From positions 3,904,001 to 3,968,000 of the forward strand of contig OZ254086.1 of the NCBI GenBank assembly GCA_965267575.1: 64,000 bases of DNA, read 5' to 3'. Origin of the DNA: Calditrichales bacterium (GTDB lineage: Bacteria; Calditrichota; Calditrichia; Calditrichales; J004). This document shows, in pieces, positions 10,150 to 20,024 of the stretch (the first letter of the stretch is position 1; every line of letters starts with the position of its first letter). The notes beneath the pieces are model-generated. The model saw nothing but the letters and a program-made list of their open reading frames with translations. It searched no databases and was not told the DNA's origin. A program made the translations under genes and the position numbers.

Positions 10150-11331
10150 TTATTCCACACGACTCTTAAATTTACCAAGATGTAATTGCGTTTCAAGCAG
10201 ATCGCCCTTTTTTATTTCTTTGCTGTTTCTGACGATGCGGCCCTCTAATGATGTAATGCTGTATCCGCGCTTGAGAACGTTTTGCGGTCCGAGGCCATGC
10301 AGGCGCTTTTCCAGGTGGCTCAGCCTTTCATCCATGGCTGATAAAGAGCTACCGACCGCACCCTGCATACGCCGGTTCAAATCATCTACCTTTTGCATAT
10401 TCTGGTAAAGCTGGTCATCCACCCGGCGCAGACCGTAGCTGTTGGCTAAAGCAAAAACCCTCTCCTGCAGGTTTCGCAGGTTTTGTTCACTTATCCGAAC
10501 AAGTTGCCGGCGCGTATTTTTTATTGCCAGTATCAGGTCGTTTTTGTCGGGCGCTACAATTTCCGCTGCCGCTGAGGGCGTTGCTGCCCGCGCGTCGGCA
10601 ACAAAATCACTGATTGTAAAGTCAATCTCATGCCCTACCGCGGAAACGACTGGGATTTCGCAGCGATATATACGTCTGGCCAGTTGCTCGTCATTAAAAG
10701 CCCACAGATCTTCCAGCGAACCGCCGCCTCTGCCAATAATTATCACGTCAACGTTACCAAACTCCTCAAGCTCATCCAAAGCCGCAATCAGGTCTTGCGC
10801 TGCCTGCACGCCCTGCACAGCCGCCGGACGCAGGACGATTTCTGCATAAGAAGCGCGGCGCTTTAGAACGTTGAGTATATCGCGGATAGCCGCGCCGGTC
10901 GGCGATGTAATGATGCCAATGCGCAACGGGAATGATGGCAGGCTTTGTTTATGCATTTCGTCAAACAGGCCTTCTGAAAAAAGCTTTTGCTTAAGCTGTT
11001 CAAAGGCCATTTGCAGACGCCCTTCACCGGCCGGCTGCATCTGCAATATATCAAGTTGATAGCGCCCTGCCGGCTCATAAAGCCGAATGTTTCCCAGGGC
11101 CTGCACTTTCATGCCGTCTTCCGGCACAAAAGCCAGACGCTCCGCCCGGGAACGCCACATCACACCAGATAGCTGAGCCTGGCTGTCCTTTAAAGTAAAG
11201 TAATAATGTCCGCTGTAATGCGGGCGGAAATTTGATATTTCGCCTTCTACCCAAATTGTCGGTAATGATGACTCCAGTAGTTGTTTGATAATCGAGGTAA
11301 TCTCGACGACTGAATAGATCTTCTTTTGCAT
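10150..11331 (-). CDS. xseA: Exodeoxyribonuclease VII large subunit
   Basis: WVEGEISNF, GHYYFTLKD, GRGGGSLEDLWAFN, SAVGHEID, TPSAAAE. Confidence 0.97.
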   Translation of the reverse strand: MQKKIYSVVEITSIIKQLLESSLPTIWVEGEISNFRPHYSGHYYFTLKDSQAQLSGVMWRSRAERLAFVPEDGMKVQALGNIRLYEPAGRYQLDILQMQPAGEGRLQMAFEQLKQKLFSEGLFDEMHKQSLPSFPLRIGIITSPTGAAIRDILNVLKRRASYAEIVLRPAAVQGVQAAQDLIAALDELEEFGNVDVIIIGRGGGSLEDLWAFNDEQLARRIYRCEIPVVSAVGHEIDFTISDFVADARAATPSAAAEIVAPDKNDLILAIKNTRRQLVRISEQNLRNLQERVFALANSYGLRRVDDQLYQNMQKVDDLNRRMQGAVGSSLSAMDERLSHLEKRLHGLGPQNVLKRGYSITSLEGRIVRNSKEIKKGDLLETQLHLGKFKSRVE

Positions 11332-11342
11332 GTCCCTAAAAT

Positions 11343-11372
11343 AAAAAAAGGTTCATAAATATGAACCTTTTT
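11343..11372 (-). terminator. Intrinsic terminator after the bS22 gene (possibly bidirectional)
   Basis: AAAAAAAGGTTCAT-AAAT-ATGAACCTTTTT perfect inverted repeat with A/T tails. Confidence 0.75.
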
Positions 11373-11466
11373 AACGATTTTTCTTCTTATGTCTGTTTTT
11401 TCTGAGGCGTTTCTTCCTCTTGTGCGTCGCCATCTTGGCGCGCTTTCTTTTTTTACCGCTCGGCAT
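11371..11466 (-). CDS. 30S ribosomal protein bS22 (AURKAIP1/COX24, mS38-like), 31 aa
   Basis: Manual translation MPSGKKRKRAKMATHKRKKRLRKNRHKKKNR; GGAG RBS upstream; below the ORF-track length cutoff. Confidence 0.9.
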   Translation of the reverse strand: MPSGKKRKRAKMATHKRKKRLRKNRHKKKNR

Positions 11467-11483
11467 AAATCAGCTCTCCAGGT

Positions 11484-12206
11484 TTAGGATTGGTTCATCT
11501 GTGTTTTTAATTGTTCTATAAACTCTTTGGCGGCCTGGGCTTCGCGCGACGTGGGATCTACATCCACAAGACGCTGCCAGGTTTCCACGGCCTTTTTATA
11601 CTCACCCATGTTGTAAAAGACGATTCCCGTATTATAAAGTCCCTGCTTGTGATCCGGATCGATTGTTAACGCTTTTTGCATATAGACCAGTGCGCTGTCG
11701 GCAGCGTTCATATTAAAAAATGCCACGCCCATATCAATGATCATCTCGGGTTCCGTGCTCTTGACATCGTAGGCTCTTTTGTAGAATTCAACAGCTTGCG
11801 GGTAACGTCCGATATCAAAATAGCTGTTGGCCATTTGCACCAGCAAGTCGTAATTATCAGGATCAGCTTCGATCTGTTCTTTCAAAGCCTGAACGCTCTC
11901 CATCATTGCCTGCGCCTGAGGCCCAGCTGCCGCGCCCGGTGCCTGCGAAGCAGCGACACCCTGAGATGCCAGCTTTTCGCTCAAAATATTTCGGTTATCG
12001 TTAAGCACAAGCAGTATAACAGTCAAAGCCAACGCAAAGGCTACAGCCAATATTGAATATGAACTGAAGCTTTGGGATGATTCGCTTTTTTGAGCAGCAG
12101 GCTGTTCAGATTTTTCTGTTTCAACTATTTTGGTACCGCAGTGCGGGCAAAATTTTGCGTCTTCAGGAACCGGTTTCCGGCAGGATTTACAAATATTTTT
12201 ATTCAT
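11484..12206 (-). CDS. Zinc-ribbon + transmembrane + TPR-repeat protein
   Basis: CKSC...CPHCG at the N-terminus, one TM helix, several TPR-like helices. Confidence 0.85.
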   Translation of the reverse strand: MNKNICKSCRKPVPEDAKFCPHCGTKIVETEKSEQPAAQKSESSQSFSSYSILAVAFALALTVILLVLNDNRNILSEKLASQGVAASQAPGAAAGPQAQAMMESVQALKEQIEADPDNYDLLVQMANSYFDIGRYPQAVEFYKRAYDVKSTEPEMIIDMGVAFFNMNAADSALVYMQKALTIDPDHKQGLYNTGIVFYNMGEYKKAVETWQRLVDVDPTSREAQAAKEFIEQLKTQMNQS

Positions 12207-12275
12207 ATCTTTTTTATTGATTACAGATCGAGAATTTTAACATATTTCACGGTAAAAGTCAAACTATGACAGCGA

Positions 12276-14120
12276 TCAATTAGACTGAATAATCAGCTTA
12301 TCGCCCGGTTTAATTACCGACGATCGCATATTGTTAAGCTGCTTAATCTTTGAGATGGAAATATTGTAGCGTCGCGAGATATCCCATAAGGTATCGCCCG
12401 GCCTTACCGTATGGTATGTTCCTTCGGCAAGAGTCTTTTTCTCGTCAGAGCCGGCGGATGAATTCGAGGCAAAACTTCTGCCTTTTGGGACGTAAATGGT
12501 CAGGTTTTGATCGGGATAAATGTAAGAGCCATAGCGCAGGCCGTTCCAGGCACGGATACGTGAAGCGCGGGTATTAAAAAGTTCCGCTATCCCGCCGAGG
12601 GTATCGCCCTTTTTAACGCGATAAGAGACCTTTTCATATTCAGCGCTGTTTTCACTTTTCTTTTTAGGCCGGCTGGAATATGAGGATCCGCCGCTGCTGA
12701 CATAGCTGTTATAATGGGCCTTATTTTGCGGCACCGGTATCAGCAGGTGATGTCCCGCCCGGATCAGGTTTCCGCGCATGTTGTTCGTGGATTTTATCAC
12801 GGATATGCTCGTATGGTATTTTTGCGCGATCGTGGAAAGGGTTTCGCCATAGCGTATCTTGTGCCGCACCCATGATCTTTTCTCAGAATCCGGTAGTGAA
12901 GCATAGACACTTTTAAAACGCTCCTTCGTTCCCGAAGGAAGGTAGAGCGTAAAGTCCTGTACCCCGGGAGGCGTTACCCAGCGCAGCACGGCGGGGTTTA
13001 TCTCCTTGATAAAATTGTAGGTGGTATCCACGGCTTTAGCTACTACGTTTAGGTCAATAGATTCCGAAACGATTACCGTATCCAGCTCCAGGGGCGGTTG
13101 CTTGTCCACATAAAAACCAAATTTCTTGGGGTCTCGAGCAATAATCGTAGCGGCAAGATAAGTTGGAACGTAGTTACGTGTCTGCCTGGGTAAACGGCTC
13201 AACTTCCAGAAATCACGCGTATTGTAGCTGCGCATATTTCGTGCAACGCGGTTTGGATTGCAGTTATAACCGGCCAAAGCCAGGTACCAGTCACCGAAAC
13301 GATCGTGCAGGTCGTTTAAATGTCGTGCTGCTGCCACAGTAGCCTTTACGGGGTCACGCCGTTCGTCAAACCACCAATTACTGCGTAAGCCGTAGTGGCG
13401 ACCGGTGGCGTAAATAAACTGCCACATACCAACCGCTTTGGCGTAAGAGCGCGCCGAAGGATTATAGCCACTCTCGATGATCGGTAAGTAAGCCAGGTCC
13501 AGCGGTACCTCATGTTCTTCCAGGATCGCGCGGATCATGTTTTCGTAGCGGCCGCTGCGTTCCAGCACTTTACTAAAATAGGAACGCCCTTTGGTTTGAA
13601 AATATTGAATGGCCAGGCGCACTTTTTTGTTGAGCGTAATGGGCATAGCCCCACTGCTGTCAACAACCGTCATGTCGCCAAACAGCACGCTGTCCGGAAA
13701 GGTGCTTTCTTCCAGATCACTGATGTCTTCGCGCACTTCTTCGGCTTCAACCAGTTCCTGCTGGTTCTTGAATATACGCTCATAGTCGTCGTTCATCGTT
13801 GTCAATGCGGAATCATAACGCGACCAACCCGTAAGCGTCTGCCGCTCGGAATCGTTAAAACGAGTCATGAGATCAAAAGCAAATTCGTAAGAGAGTTCGG
13901 CTCCCAATGTATCGCCGTTAATCAGCTGGTTATGCGCCTTTTCGGTAAGCATGAAAAGCGAGTCCACCCGCGATTGCGCAACTGCGGAAAGCCAGATATT
14001 TTCAGGCAGTCCATCAAGACGATCCTGCTTAACATTTTCGTTTACGGTTTTTTGAGTTGAGGTGCAGGCAAAAGCAATTAATCCCAGCGCCATCACAATG
14101 AGTTTAGATATACGGGGCAT
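12276..14120 (-). CDS. mltD: MltD-like lytic transglycosylase lipoprotein with three LysM domains
   Basis: SLT motifs IIESGYNP, GMWQF, DERRDP, AGYN; three LysM repeats (G.TL..IA). Start moved to ATG 14120 (MPRISK...AFAC lipobox) because the longer ORF overlaps rfaE2. Confidence 0.88.
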   Translation of the reverse strand: MPRISKLIVMALGLIAFACTSTQKTVNENVKQDRLDGLPENIWLSAVAQSRVDSLFMLTEKAHNQLINGDTLGAELSYEFAFDLMTRFNDSERQTLTGWSRYDSALTTMNDDYERIFKNQQELVEAEEVREDISDLEESTFPDSVLFGDMTVVDSSGAMPITLNKKVRLAIQYFQTKGRSYFSKVLERSGRYENMIRAILEEHEVPLDLAYLPIIESGYNPSARSYAKAVGMWQFIYATGRHYGLRSNWWFDERRDPVKATVAAARHLNDLHDRFGDWYLALAGYNCNPNRVARNMRSYNTRDFWKLSRLPRQTRNYVPTYLAATIIARDPKKFGFYVDKQPPLELDTVIVSESIDLNVVAKAVDTTYNFIKEINPAVLRWVTPPGVQDFTLYLPSGTKERFKSVYASLPDSEKRSWVRHKIRYGETLSTIAQKYHTSISVIKSTNNMRGNLIRAGHHLLIPVPQNKAHYNSYVSSGGSSYSSRPKKKSENSAEYEKVSYRVKKGDTLGGIAELFNTRASRIRAWNGLRYGSYIYPDQNLTIYVPKGRSFASNSSAGSDEKKTLAEGTYHTVRPGDTLWDISRRYNISISKIKQLNNMRSSVIKPGDKLIIQSN

Positions 14121-14124
14121 AAAG

Positions 14125-14598
14125 TTATAATCCCTTAATTTTTTGTACCAGTCCCGTTGTAGATTTTCCACTGACAAATGGTATCGTGAGCACACGTCCG
14201 CCGTTTTCTTCAACAAAATCGCGGCCAACGATCTGATCCAGGTTGTAGTCGCCGCCCTTGATCAATATGTCCGGTCTGACCTTTTTTATCAGTTCCAAAG
14301 GCGTGTCCTCTTCGAAAAGGCAGACCACATCCACTGCCTCCAGCCGAGACAAAACATAGGCCCGGTCATCCTCAGCCGTGTAAGGCCTGTCTGAGCCCTT
14401 GAGTCTTCGCACGGAGGCGTCGGAGTTGAGCCCGATAACAAGGCAATCGCACATCGCCCTGGCTTGCTCCAGATACTCAACGTGTCCGCGATGTAAAATG
14501 TCAAAACAGCCATTTGTAAATCCAACTACTGTCGATTTATCATCTCTAATATCGGAAACAATGGCCTCTATCTTATCAATGGTCGTTATAATGTTCAT
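14125..14598 (-). CDS. rfaE2: D-glycero-beta-D-manno-heptose 1-phosphate adenylyltransferase
   Basis: [34 protein letters not shown]. Confidence 0.96.
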   Translation of the reverse strand: MNIITTIDKIEAIVSDIRDDKSTVVGFTNGCFDILHRGHVEYLEQARAMCDCLVIGLNSDASVRRLKGSDRPYTAEDDRAYVLSRLEAVDVVCLFEEDTPLELIKKVRPDILIKGGDYNLDQIVGRDFVEENGGRVLTIPFVSGKSTTGLVQKIKGL

Positions 14599-15590
14599 TT
14601 TTCATCGTACCGCGTTCCGGCATCCAGCAATCCCTGACGTGTAATCGGTATTATCCCCACTTCTTCAACCACAACGCCCGCAGCGATATTGGCCAGAATG
14701 CTGGCTTCGCGCATCGTCGCACCACCACAGAAAGCGGCTGTCAGCGTCCCGATAACCGTATCTCCAGCGCCGGAAACATCGGCTACCTTCCTGGCTTTTG
14801 TAGGTATATGAGTTACGTCGCCGTTTTTCTCAAAAAGGCTCATCCCGCGTGAACCCCTGGTAAGCAATATGTTTTCTGCGTGCAGGGTTTTACGCAGGGC
14901 TTCACCAGCGTCGCGCACGTGTTCTTCATTATCGAAAGAACGTGCCAGGGCCTGCTGTGCTTCCTTTACGTTGGGCTTAAACAGCGTAACGCCCTTGTAT
15001 AACATAAAATTGGTAAACTTCGGATCGACAAAAACGGGTATGTCGTTTAGCCGGCATTGCTGAGTCGTGTACTCGATAACGCCCGGCGTGAGCACCCCTT
15101 TGTTGTAATCCTCAATAATAACAGCTTCTGCGCTGCGGAGCAATAGGTCAATCCTGGCTTTCAAAGCCTTTCTTTCGGATTCATCGGCGTAAGCCGTAAT
15201 CTCCTTATCCACACGGGCAATATGCTGGTTATCACCGATTATCCTCGTCTTGATCGTTGTAGGACGTGTTTGCGAACGTACCAGCCCATCGCCTTCAATA
15301 TGCGATTCTTCAAGCAGCTCCAGCAGCTTTATGGCCATGGCATCTTCACCGCAAAGTCCGATAAGCCGCGGACTGCAACCCAGCGCTGCCAGGTTTAAAG
15401 CAACGTTAGCGGCGCCGCCTAACCGTATAAATTCATGATCGATCTCCACAATGGGTACGGGAGCTTCCGGCGAAATACGTGTAACTTTACCGGAAAGGTA
15501 CTCATCGAGCATCAGGTCGCCTATAATTACGATGTTTTTACCCTGAAAACCTTCAACTATTTCCGCTGTACGTTTTTGGTCCAATTGCAT
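14595..15590 (-). CDS. rfaE1: D-glycero-beta-D-manno-heptose-7-phosphate kinase
   Basis: [35 protein letters not shown] (PfkB family). Confidence 0.96.
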   Translation of the reverse strand: MQLDQKRTAEIVEGFQGKNIVIIGDLMLDEYLSGKVTRISPEAPVPIVEIDHEFIRLGGAANVALNLAALGCSPRLIGLCGEDAMAIKLLELLEESHIEGDGLVRSQTRPTTIKTRIIGDNQHIARVDKEITAYADESERKALKARIDLLLRSAEAVIIEDYNKGVLTPGVIEYTTQQCRLNDIPVFVDPKFTNFMLYKGVTLFKPNVKEAQQALARSFDNEEHVRDAGEALRKTLHAENILLTRGSRGMSLFEKNGDVTHIPTKARKVADVSGAGDTVIGTLTAAFCGGATMREASILANIAAGVVVEEVGIIPITRQGLLDAGTRYDEK

Positions 15591-17146
15591 TACGGCTTAC
15601 TCTCCGCGGGAATCTGCAGTTTAAACGTTGTTCCATGGGAAGGACGGGAATCTACTTCCACGTTGATATTATATTTAGTAAAGATGTTTTTTGCCAGGTA
15701 CAGCCCCAGCCCATAGGTTACATCCTGCAGCTGGTCATCATCTGTTCGCTGTTTTGTGGAAAAGAAGGGATTAAATATCTTGGTGATCGTCTCCTGATCC
15801 ATACCCGGGCCCGTATCGCTTATTTTAATAACCGTCGACTTATCTTTCTGACGCCTGGTGCGAATCTTCAGCTCTCGCCTGGGAACCAGCTGCATCGCTT
15901 CCACGGCGTTTTGCACAATTGCCATTATGCCCTGGCTCAGATCGCTGTAGCGCCCGGTGATGCCTGCTATGCTGCCGTCCAGATCGAGCTCGGTTTTGAC
16001 ATTGTGTTTATAAAAAAGATTGGCTTTAAAAAACCTCATTTCATGGCGTATAAGGCTGTTAATATCTATCTCTTCCGTTTCGGGATTAAGTTCCTTCTTG
16101 CCTTTGCGAATAAGGATTTGAATAAGCTCATTGATGCGCCGCACCTGGCGCAGGATCATTTCCACTTCGGTCTCGCCCTCATTTTTAAGCTGCAGCAGTT
16201 CCGCATTACCCTGAATAATGGAGATAGGAGTATTCATATTGTGCGCGATCCCCGCGGCAAGCTGACCGATGGCTGCCATACGGTGCTCTTTTATCAGCTC
16301 CAGTTCGTAAATCTTTTGCTGTTGGCGGGCCGTCAAACGGTCGGTGATATCGAGACACATGAGCAGGATGGCCGGCCGTTCTTCGTATTCCGTGGCAGTA
16401 ATCCACACATCAATGTAAACTGGTTTCTGATTGCATTTTACAGCCCAAACCTGGAAATGGCTTTTATCACGCCGGCGCTTCAGGCACGCCTCGCACAGAA
16501 CGCGCACCATTCTTTGCTTATGCCGGGCTATATGTTCAATGAAATCGAAACCGGAAGAGCCTTTATGGCCGCACTCGAAAATCGTGGCAAAAGCAGGATT
16601 GAAATAAAGTGTCTTTTCATCACGAATAATGGCAATGCCAATGACAGCCTGTTCGGCCAGCTTACGGTACTTTTCTTCAGATGAGCGCAACTGCCGGACT
16701 TTTTCATCCACTTCTTTTTCCAGCCGCGCCTGATAGGCGGAACGCTCTGCTTCCAGTTCTTTTTTCTTTTCGTCCAGTCTGTATGAGGTGGCAGCGTTAC
16801 GCAAACACTGAATCAGCTGTTTGATCTTAAAAGGCTTCTCAATAAAATCAAAGACGCGCAGACGCAAGGCTTCCCTGGCGTACTCAAATCGGGCATTACC
16901 GCTTATAACAACCACCGGCAGCGTATTGCCGGCGTTCTGAATCTTTTCAACAAACTGTAAGCCGTTTTGCTGATCGTCCAGAACAATATCTACCATTATC
17001 GTATCAAAGCGCTCCTTGCCCAAAGCGTCAAGGGCCTCGGAAGGATCGGCACAGGCCGTGATGTCTATATCGTGTTGCTTAAGCAGATTTTCCAGGGATT
17101 CACGAATATGAGCATCGTCATCCAATAAAAGAACACGCGGATTCAT
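15590..17146 (-). CDS. Hybrid sensor kinase, REC-PAS-HisKA-HATPase
   Basis: N-terminal REC (DDD, VDI, KPF), PAS-like segment, AHNMNTP H-box, DTGPG, FFSTK, GLGL. Confidence 0.9.
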   Translation of the reverse strand: MNPRVLLLDDDAHIRESLENLLKQHDIDITACADPSEALDALGKERFDTIMVDIVLDDQQNGLQFVEKIQNAGNTLPVVVISGNARFEYAREALRLRVFDFIEKPFKIKQLIQCLRNAATSYRLDEKKKELEAERSAYQARLEKEVDEKVRQLRSSEEKYRKLAEQAVIGIAIIRDEKTLYFNPAFATIFECGHKGSSGFDFIEHIARHKQRMVRVLCEACLKRRRDKSHFQVWAVKCNQKPVYIDVWITATEYEERPAILLMCLDITDRLTARQQQKIYELELIKEHRMAAIGQLAAGIAHNMNTPISIIQGNAELLQLKNEGETEVEMILRQVRRINELIQILIRKGKKELNPETEEIDINSLIRHEMRFFKANLFYKHNVKTELDLDGSIAGITGRYSDLSQGIMAIVQNAVEAMQLVPRRELKIRTRRQKDKSTVIKISDTGPGMDQETITKIFNPFFSTKQRTDDDQLQDVTYGLGLYLAKNIFTKYNINVEVDSRPSHGTTFKLQIPAESKP

Positions 17147-17454
17147 ACGGAACGAGACTTCTCCCTGGAGATAAAAAATTCAATAACGTTTTTAAGTGGT
17201 TTGGATGCAAATTCGATAACGGTAAACAGCAGCAGCGTCAATAATCCAAATGAAAAAATAACACGCGTTATCTGGTCCAACAACGGCTTTTCAAATAGCG
17301 GGAGAACTAATATCGTCACCGACGCCACACCGACAATCCAGGTCATTGTACGTAAAATATATTTAAAAATGCTTTCTGTGCGATCGGAAAATTGTTTTTT
17401 TTCTACCGCCCCATTGCTGTGAGCTGCCTGATTCTTTTTTGTTTTCTTTGCCAT
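17143..17454 (-). CDS. Small two-TM membrane protein
   Basis: Two hydrophobic helices; fills the gap between ggt and the kinase with a 4-nt overlap. Confidence 0.7.
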   Translation of the reverse strand: MAKKTKKNQAAHSNGAVEKKQFSDRTESIFKYILRTMTWIVGVASVTILVLPLFEKPLLDQITRVIFSFGLLTLLLFTVIEFASKPLKNVIEFFISREKSRSV

Positions 17455-17462
17455 ATGATGTC

Positions 17463-19151
17463 CTAAAAACCGGATGCCTTTCCATTTCTGCGGGGATCAC
17501 TCCATCCCTCTATTTTACCTTTTTTGTTTATCACGATTGCCTGCACACAGCCTATGTCGCCGCGCTCACTGGTCTCATGACCTTTTGCGCGCAGGGCGTT
17601 GTGTGTTTCCGGGAGAAAGCGGCGCCTTTCAAAATAAACGGTATCCGGCCGCCATTGATGATGAAATCGTGGTGCCTCAACCGCTTCCCGCACGTTAAAT
17701 CCATGATCGATGATATTGGAAATTACCTGCGCCACAGCGGTGATAATGCGCGAACCGCCGGGAGCACCCAGCACCATATAAAGTTCGCCGTCAAGTTCTA
17801 TTATGGTTGGCGTCATCGCGCTGAGCATACGTTTTTCCGGCGCAATGCTGTTTGCTTCAGTGCCAATGAGCCCGTATTGGTTTGGAACACCGGGCTTGGC
17901 GCTAAAATCATCCATTTCATTATTCAGCAAAATGCCTGTACCGCTGACGACCACTTTACTGCCAAATCCTGAGTTGAGTGTCGTGGTAAGCGAAACGGCA
18001 TTGCCCTGCCCGTCAACAATCGAAAAATGTGTTGTTTCTCCAGCCTTTTCCACCCAGGCCTGGTTAGCGGAGATATCTTTGGAAGAGCGCGCCCGCAAGG
18101 GATTAATCTGTTCGCGGACATACGCCCCATAGGCATCTTCGGTAAGTGCCGCAACGGGCATCTCCACAAAATCGGGATCGCCTAAAAATTCGGCACGATC
18201 GGCATATATCTGGCGGCAGCTTTCAGCCCACAGGTGTATTAGGTCGGCGCTGTTTTGTCCCAGCGCCCCAAGGTTGTAACCCTCAAGTGTATTCAGTATG
18301 CCGGCCAGCGCCACACCACCGGAACTCGGCGGCGGCATGGAGTAAATATCATAGCCACGGTATTGAAAATAGATTGGATCGCGCCAGACTGCATCATATT
18401 CGGCCAGGTCTTTCATCGTAATCAAACCGCCGTTGCGCAGCATGTCCTCTTCTATCAGCCGCGCTGTCTCGCCGTAATAAAAACCGTCGCGGCCCTTATC
18501 AGCTATTCGTTTAAGTGATTCCGCCAGATCCTTTTGAAAAAGTGTATCGCCGGCACTGTATGTACTGTCTCCCTTCAGAAAAACGGCCGCAGAGGCAGGA
18601 AACATTGCCAGTTCGTCCGCGCGTCCGCGCATCATGGCGGCACGGAAATCATTCAGCACATCACCATTGGCCGCCAGTTCGATGGCCGGCAGCAAAAGTT
18701 CTTTCCACGGCAAAGAGCCAAAACGGCGGTGGGCTTCCCAATAGCCGGCAACGCTGCCCGGCACACCGGCCGCTTTGTAGCCTAACAAGCTTGCCTCGCT
18801 AATAACGTTGCCTTCTTCGTCCAGGTACATATCGCGATGTGCTTTTAAGGGCGCTTTTTCTCTAAAGTCAAGTGTGTAGACCTCGCCTTGGGAATCACGC
18901 AGCACCATAAAACCGCCACCACCGATATTGCCCGCATAAGGGTACGTTACGGCAAGGGCAAAACCGACGGCCACCGCGGCATCCACGGCGTTACCACCTT
19001 TTTGCAATACGGCAAGCCCGATATCCGTAGCCTGTTGCTCCGCGGTCACCACCATCGCCCGGCTTGCGGAAACAGGCCGGAAACCGCTTGCCTGGCCAAA
19101 CAGGGACGTCGATGCAACGAGTAATAGAACAACTATCCTTGTAACAATCAT
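17463..19151 (-). CDS. ggt: Gamma-glutamyltransferase
   Basis: GGNAVDAA, GGGGF, DFRE, catalytic ETTHFS, NNEMDDF, GAPGG; signal peptide. Confidence 0.97.
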   Translation of the reverse strand: MIVTRIVVLLLVASTSLFGQASGFRPVSASRAMVVTAEQQATDIGLAVLQKGGNAVDAAVAVGFALAVTYPYAGNIGGGGFMVLRDSQGEVYTLDFREKAPLKAHRDMYLDEEGNVISEASLLGYKAAGVPGSVAGYWEAHRRFGSLPWKELLLPAIELAANGDVLNDFRAAMMRGRADELAMFPASAAVFLKGDSTYSAGDTLFQKDLAESLKRIADKGRDGFYYGETARLIEEDMLRNGGLITMKDLAEYDAVWRDPIYFQYRGYDIYSMPPPSSGGVALAGILNTLEGYNLGALGQNSADLIHLWAESCRQIYADRAEFLGDPDFVEMPVAALTEDAYGAYVREQINPLRARSSKDISANQAWVEKAGETTHFSIVDGQGNAVSLTTTLNSGFGSKVVVSGTGILLNNEMDDFSAKPGVPNQYGLIGTEANSIAPEKRMLSAMTPTIIELDGELYMVLGAPGGSRIITAVAQVISNIIDHGFNVREAVEAPRFHHQWRPDTVYFERRRFLPETHNALRAKGHETSERGDIGCVQAIVINKKGKIEGWSDPRRNGKASGF

Positions 19152-19172
19152 ACTATACCTTATCGAGAATCT

Positions 19173-20024
19173 TTAATCGGTTATTGCGGAAGTTGTATCA
19201 CTTTGCGCGTTCACGCTGTCTGCCGGTGCTTTTTTAGGGCGGGCTGCGCTCGTTTTTTTACGCAATTCCGCTACACCGCTGCGGTCAACTTTAAGATAGG
19301 TTATAATCTCGCCGCGTTTGCCTAAAGCACCCAGAGAATCCCCGTTTACATTAAACTGTATGCCCGCGGCGTTACCAACAAGAAAGCTGATAACAGAGTC
19401 GGCTTCAACCGCTCTTTTGTTGCCTGTCCACAGGGTAAATTCCGTGGTATCGCTTCTATCAACTATGTAGCGCAGCCAGGTTGTATCGACAGCGACAATT
19501 TCAACATTCACCTTCGTGCTTTGCTGCTTCTCCGCTACAGGCGGGTTGGCCTGTTTATCCAGCTCTTCGGCAATTTCTCTTACCGGCAGTTCGCGCACCA
19601 GTTTTTGCTCGCCTTCGACCGTGCGACTGTTCCAGATGAAAAACGCGATCAACGCAATAAGAATAATGATAGGACCGCCAAAGAACAGCGTTTTTAGATT
19701 AAAAATGGGATGGCTGTGTTCCTCGCGGATCAGGATCTTCTGCAAAGTCGTTGTCGGTGTCGGGTGGAACAGAGCCTTGCGGTGTCTCCTGAAAGCGTCC
19801 AGGAAACGTTGCGGATCTTCCAGCTGCAGATAAGACAAGTAAGTCTGAAAAAACAGCTTATCGTAAACTTCAGGAATCTTTTCAAACTCGCCATGTTCGA
19901 TCGCTTCCAGGTAGCGCAGCTGAATACGGCTGTCTTTGGCTATGGCTTCAAGCGATATTTGCTTTTCCTGTCTTATTTGCCGCAACTCGGCAAAAATATC
20001 ATTCTGTTCAGGATTCTGTTCCAT
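19173..20024 (-). CDS. rodZ: RodZ-like protein (HTH-TM-DUF4115)
   Basis: N-terminal XRE-type HTH (YLEAIEHGEF), single TM, C-terminal VGNAAG...NG...LG. Confidence 0.85.
   Translation of the reverse strand: MEQNPEQNDIFAELRQIRQEKQISLEAIAKDSRIQLRYLEAIEHGEFEKIPEVYDKLFFQTYLSYLQLEDPQRFLDAFRRHRKALFHPTPTTTLQKILIREEHSHPIFNLKTLFFGGPIIILIALIAFFIWNSRTVEGEQKLVRELPVREIAEELDKQANPPVAEKQQSTKVNVEIVAVDTTWLRYIVDRSDTTEFTLWTGNKRAVEADSVISFLVGNAAGIQFNVNGDSLGALGKRGEIITYLKVDRSGVAELRKKTSAARPKKAPADSVNAQSDTTSAITD

Noticed and set aside
14121..14228. N-terminal extension of the MltD ORF
   Set aside because: Overlaps rfaE2; the lipoprotein signal starts at ATG 14120
15635..16684. 349-aa plus-strand ORF, and similar long antisense ORFs such as 29751-30470, 38693-39313 and 48927-49565
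   Set aside because: Shadow frames of well-supported opposite-strand genes with no recognisable motifs
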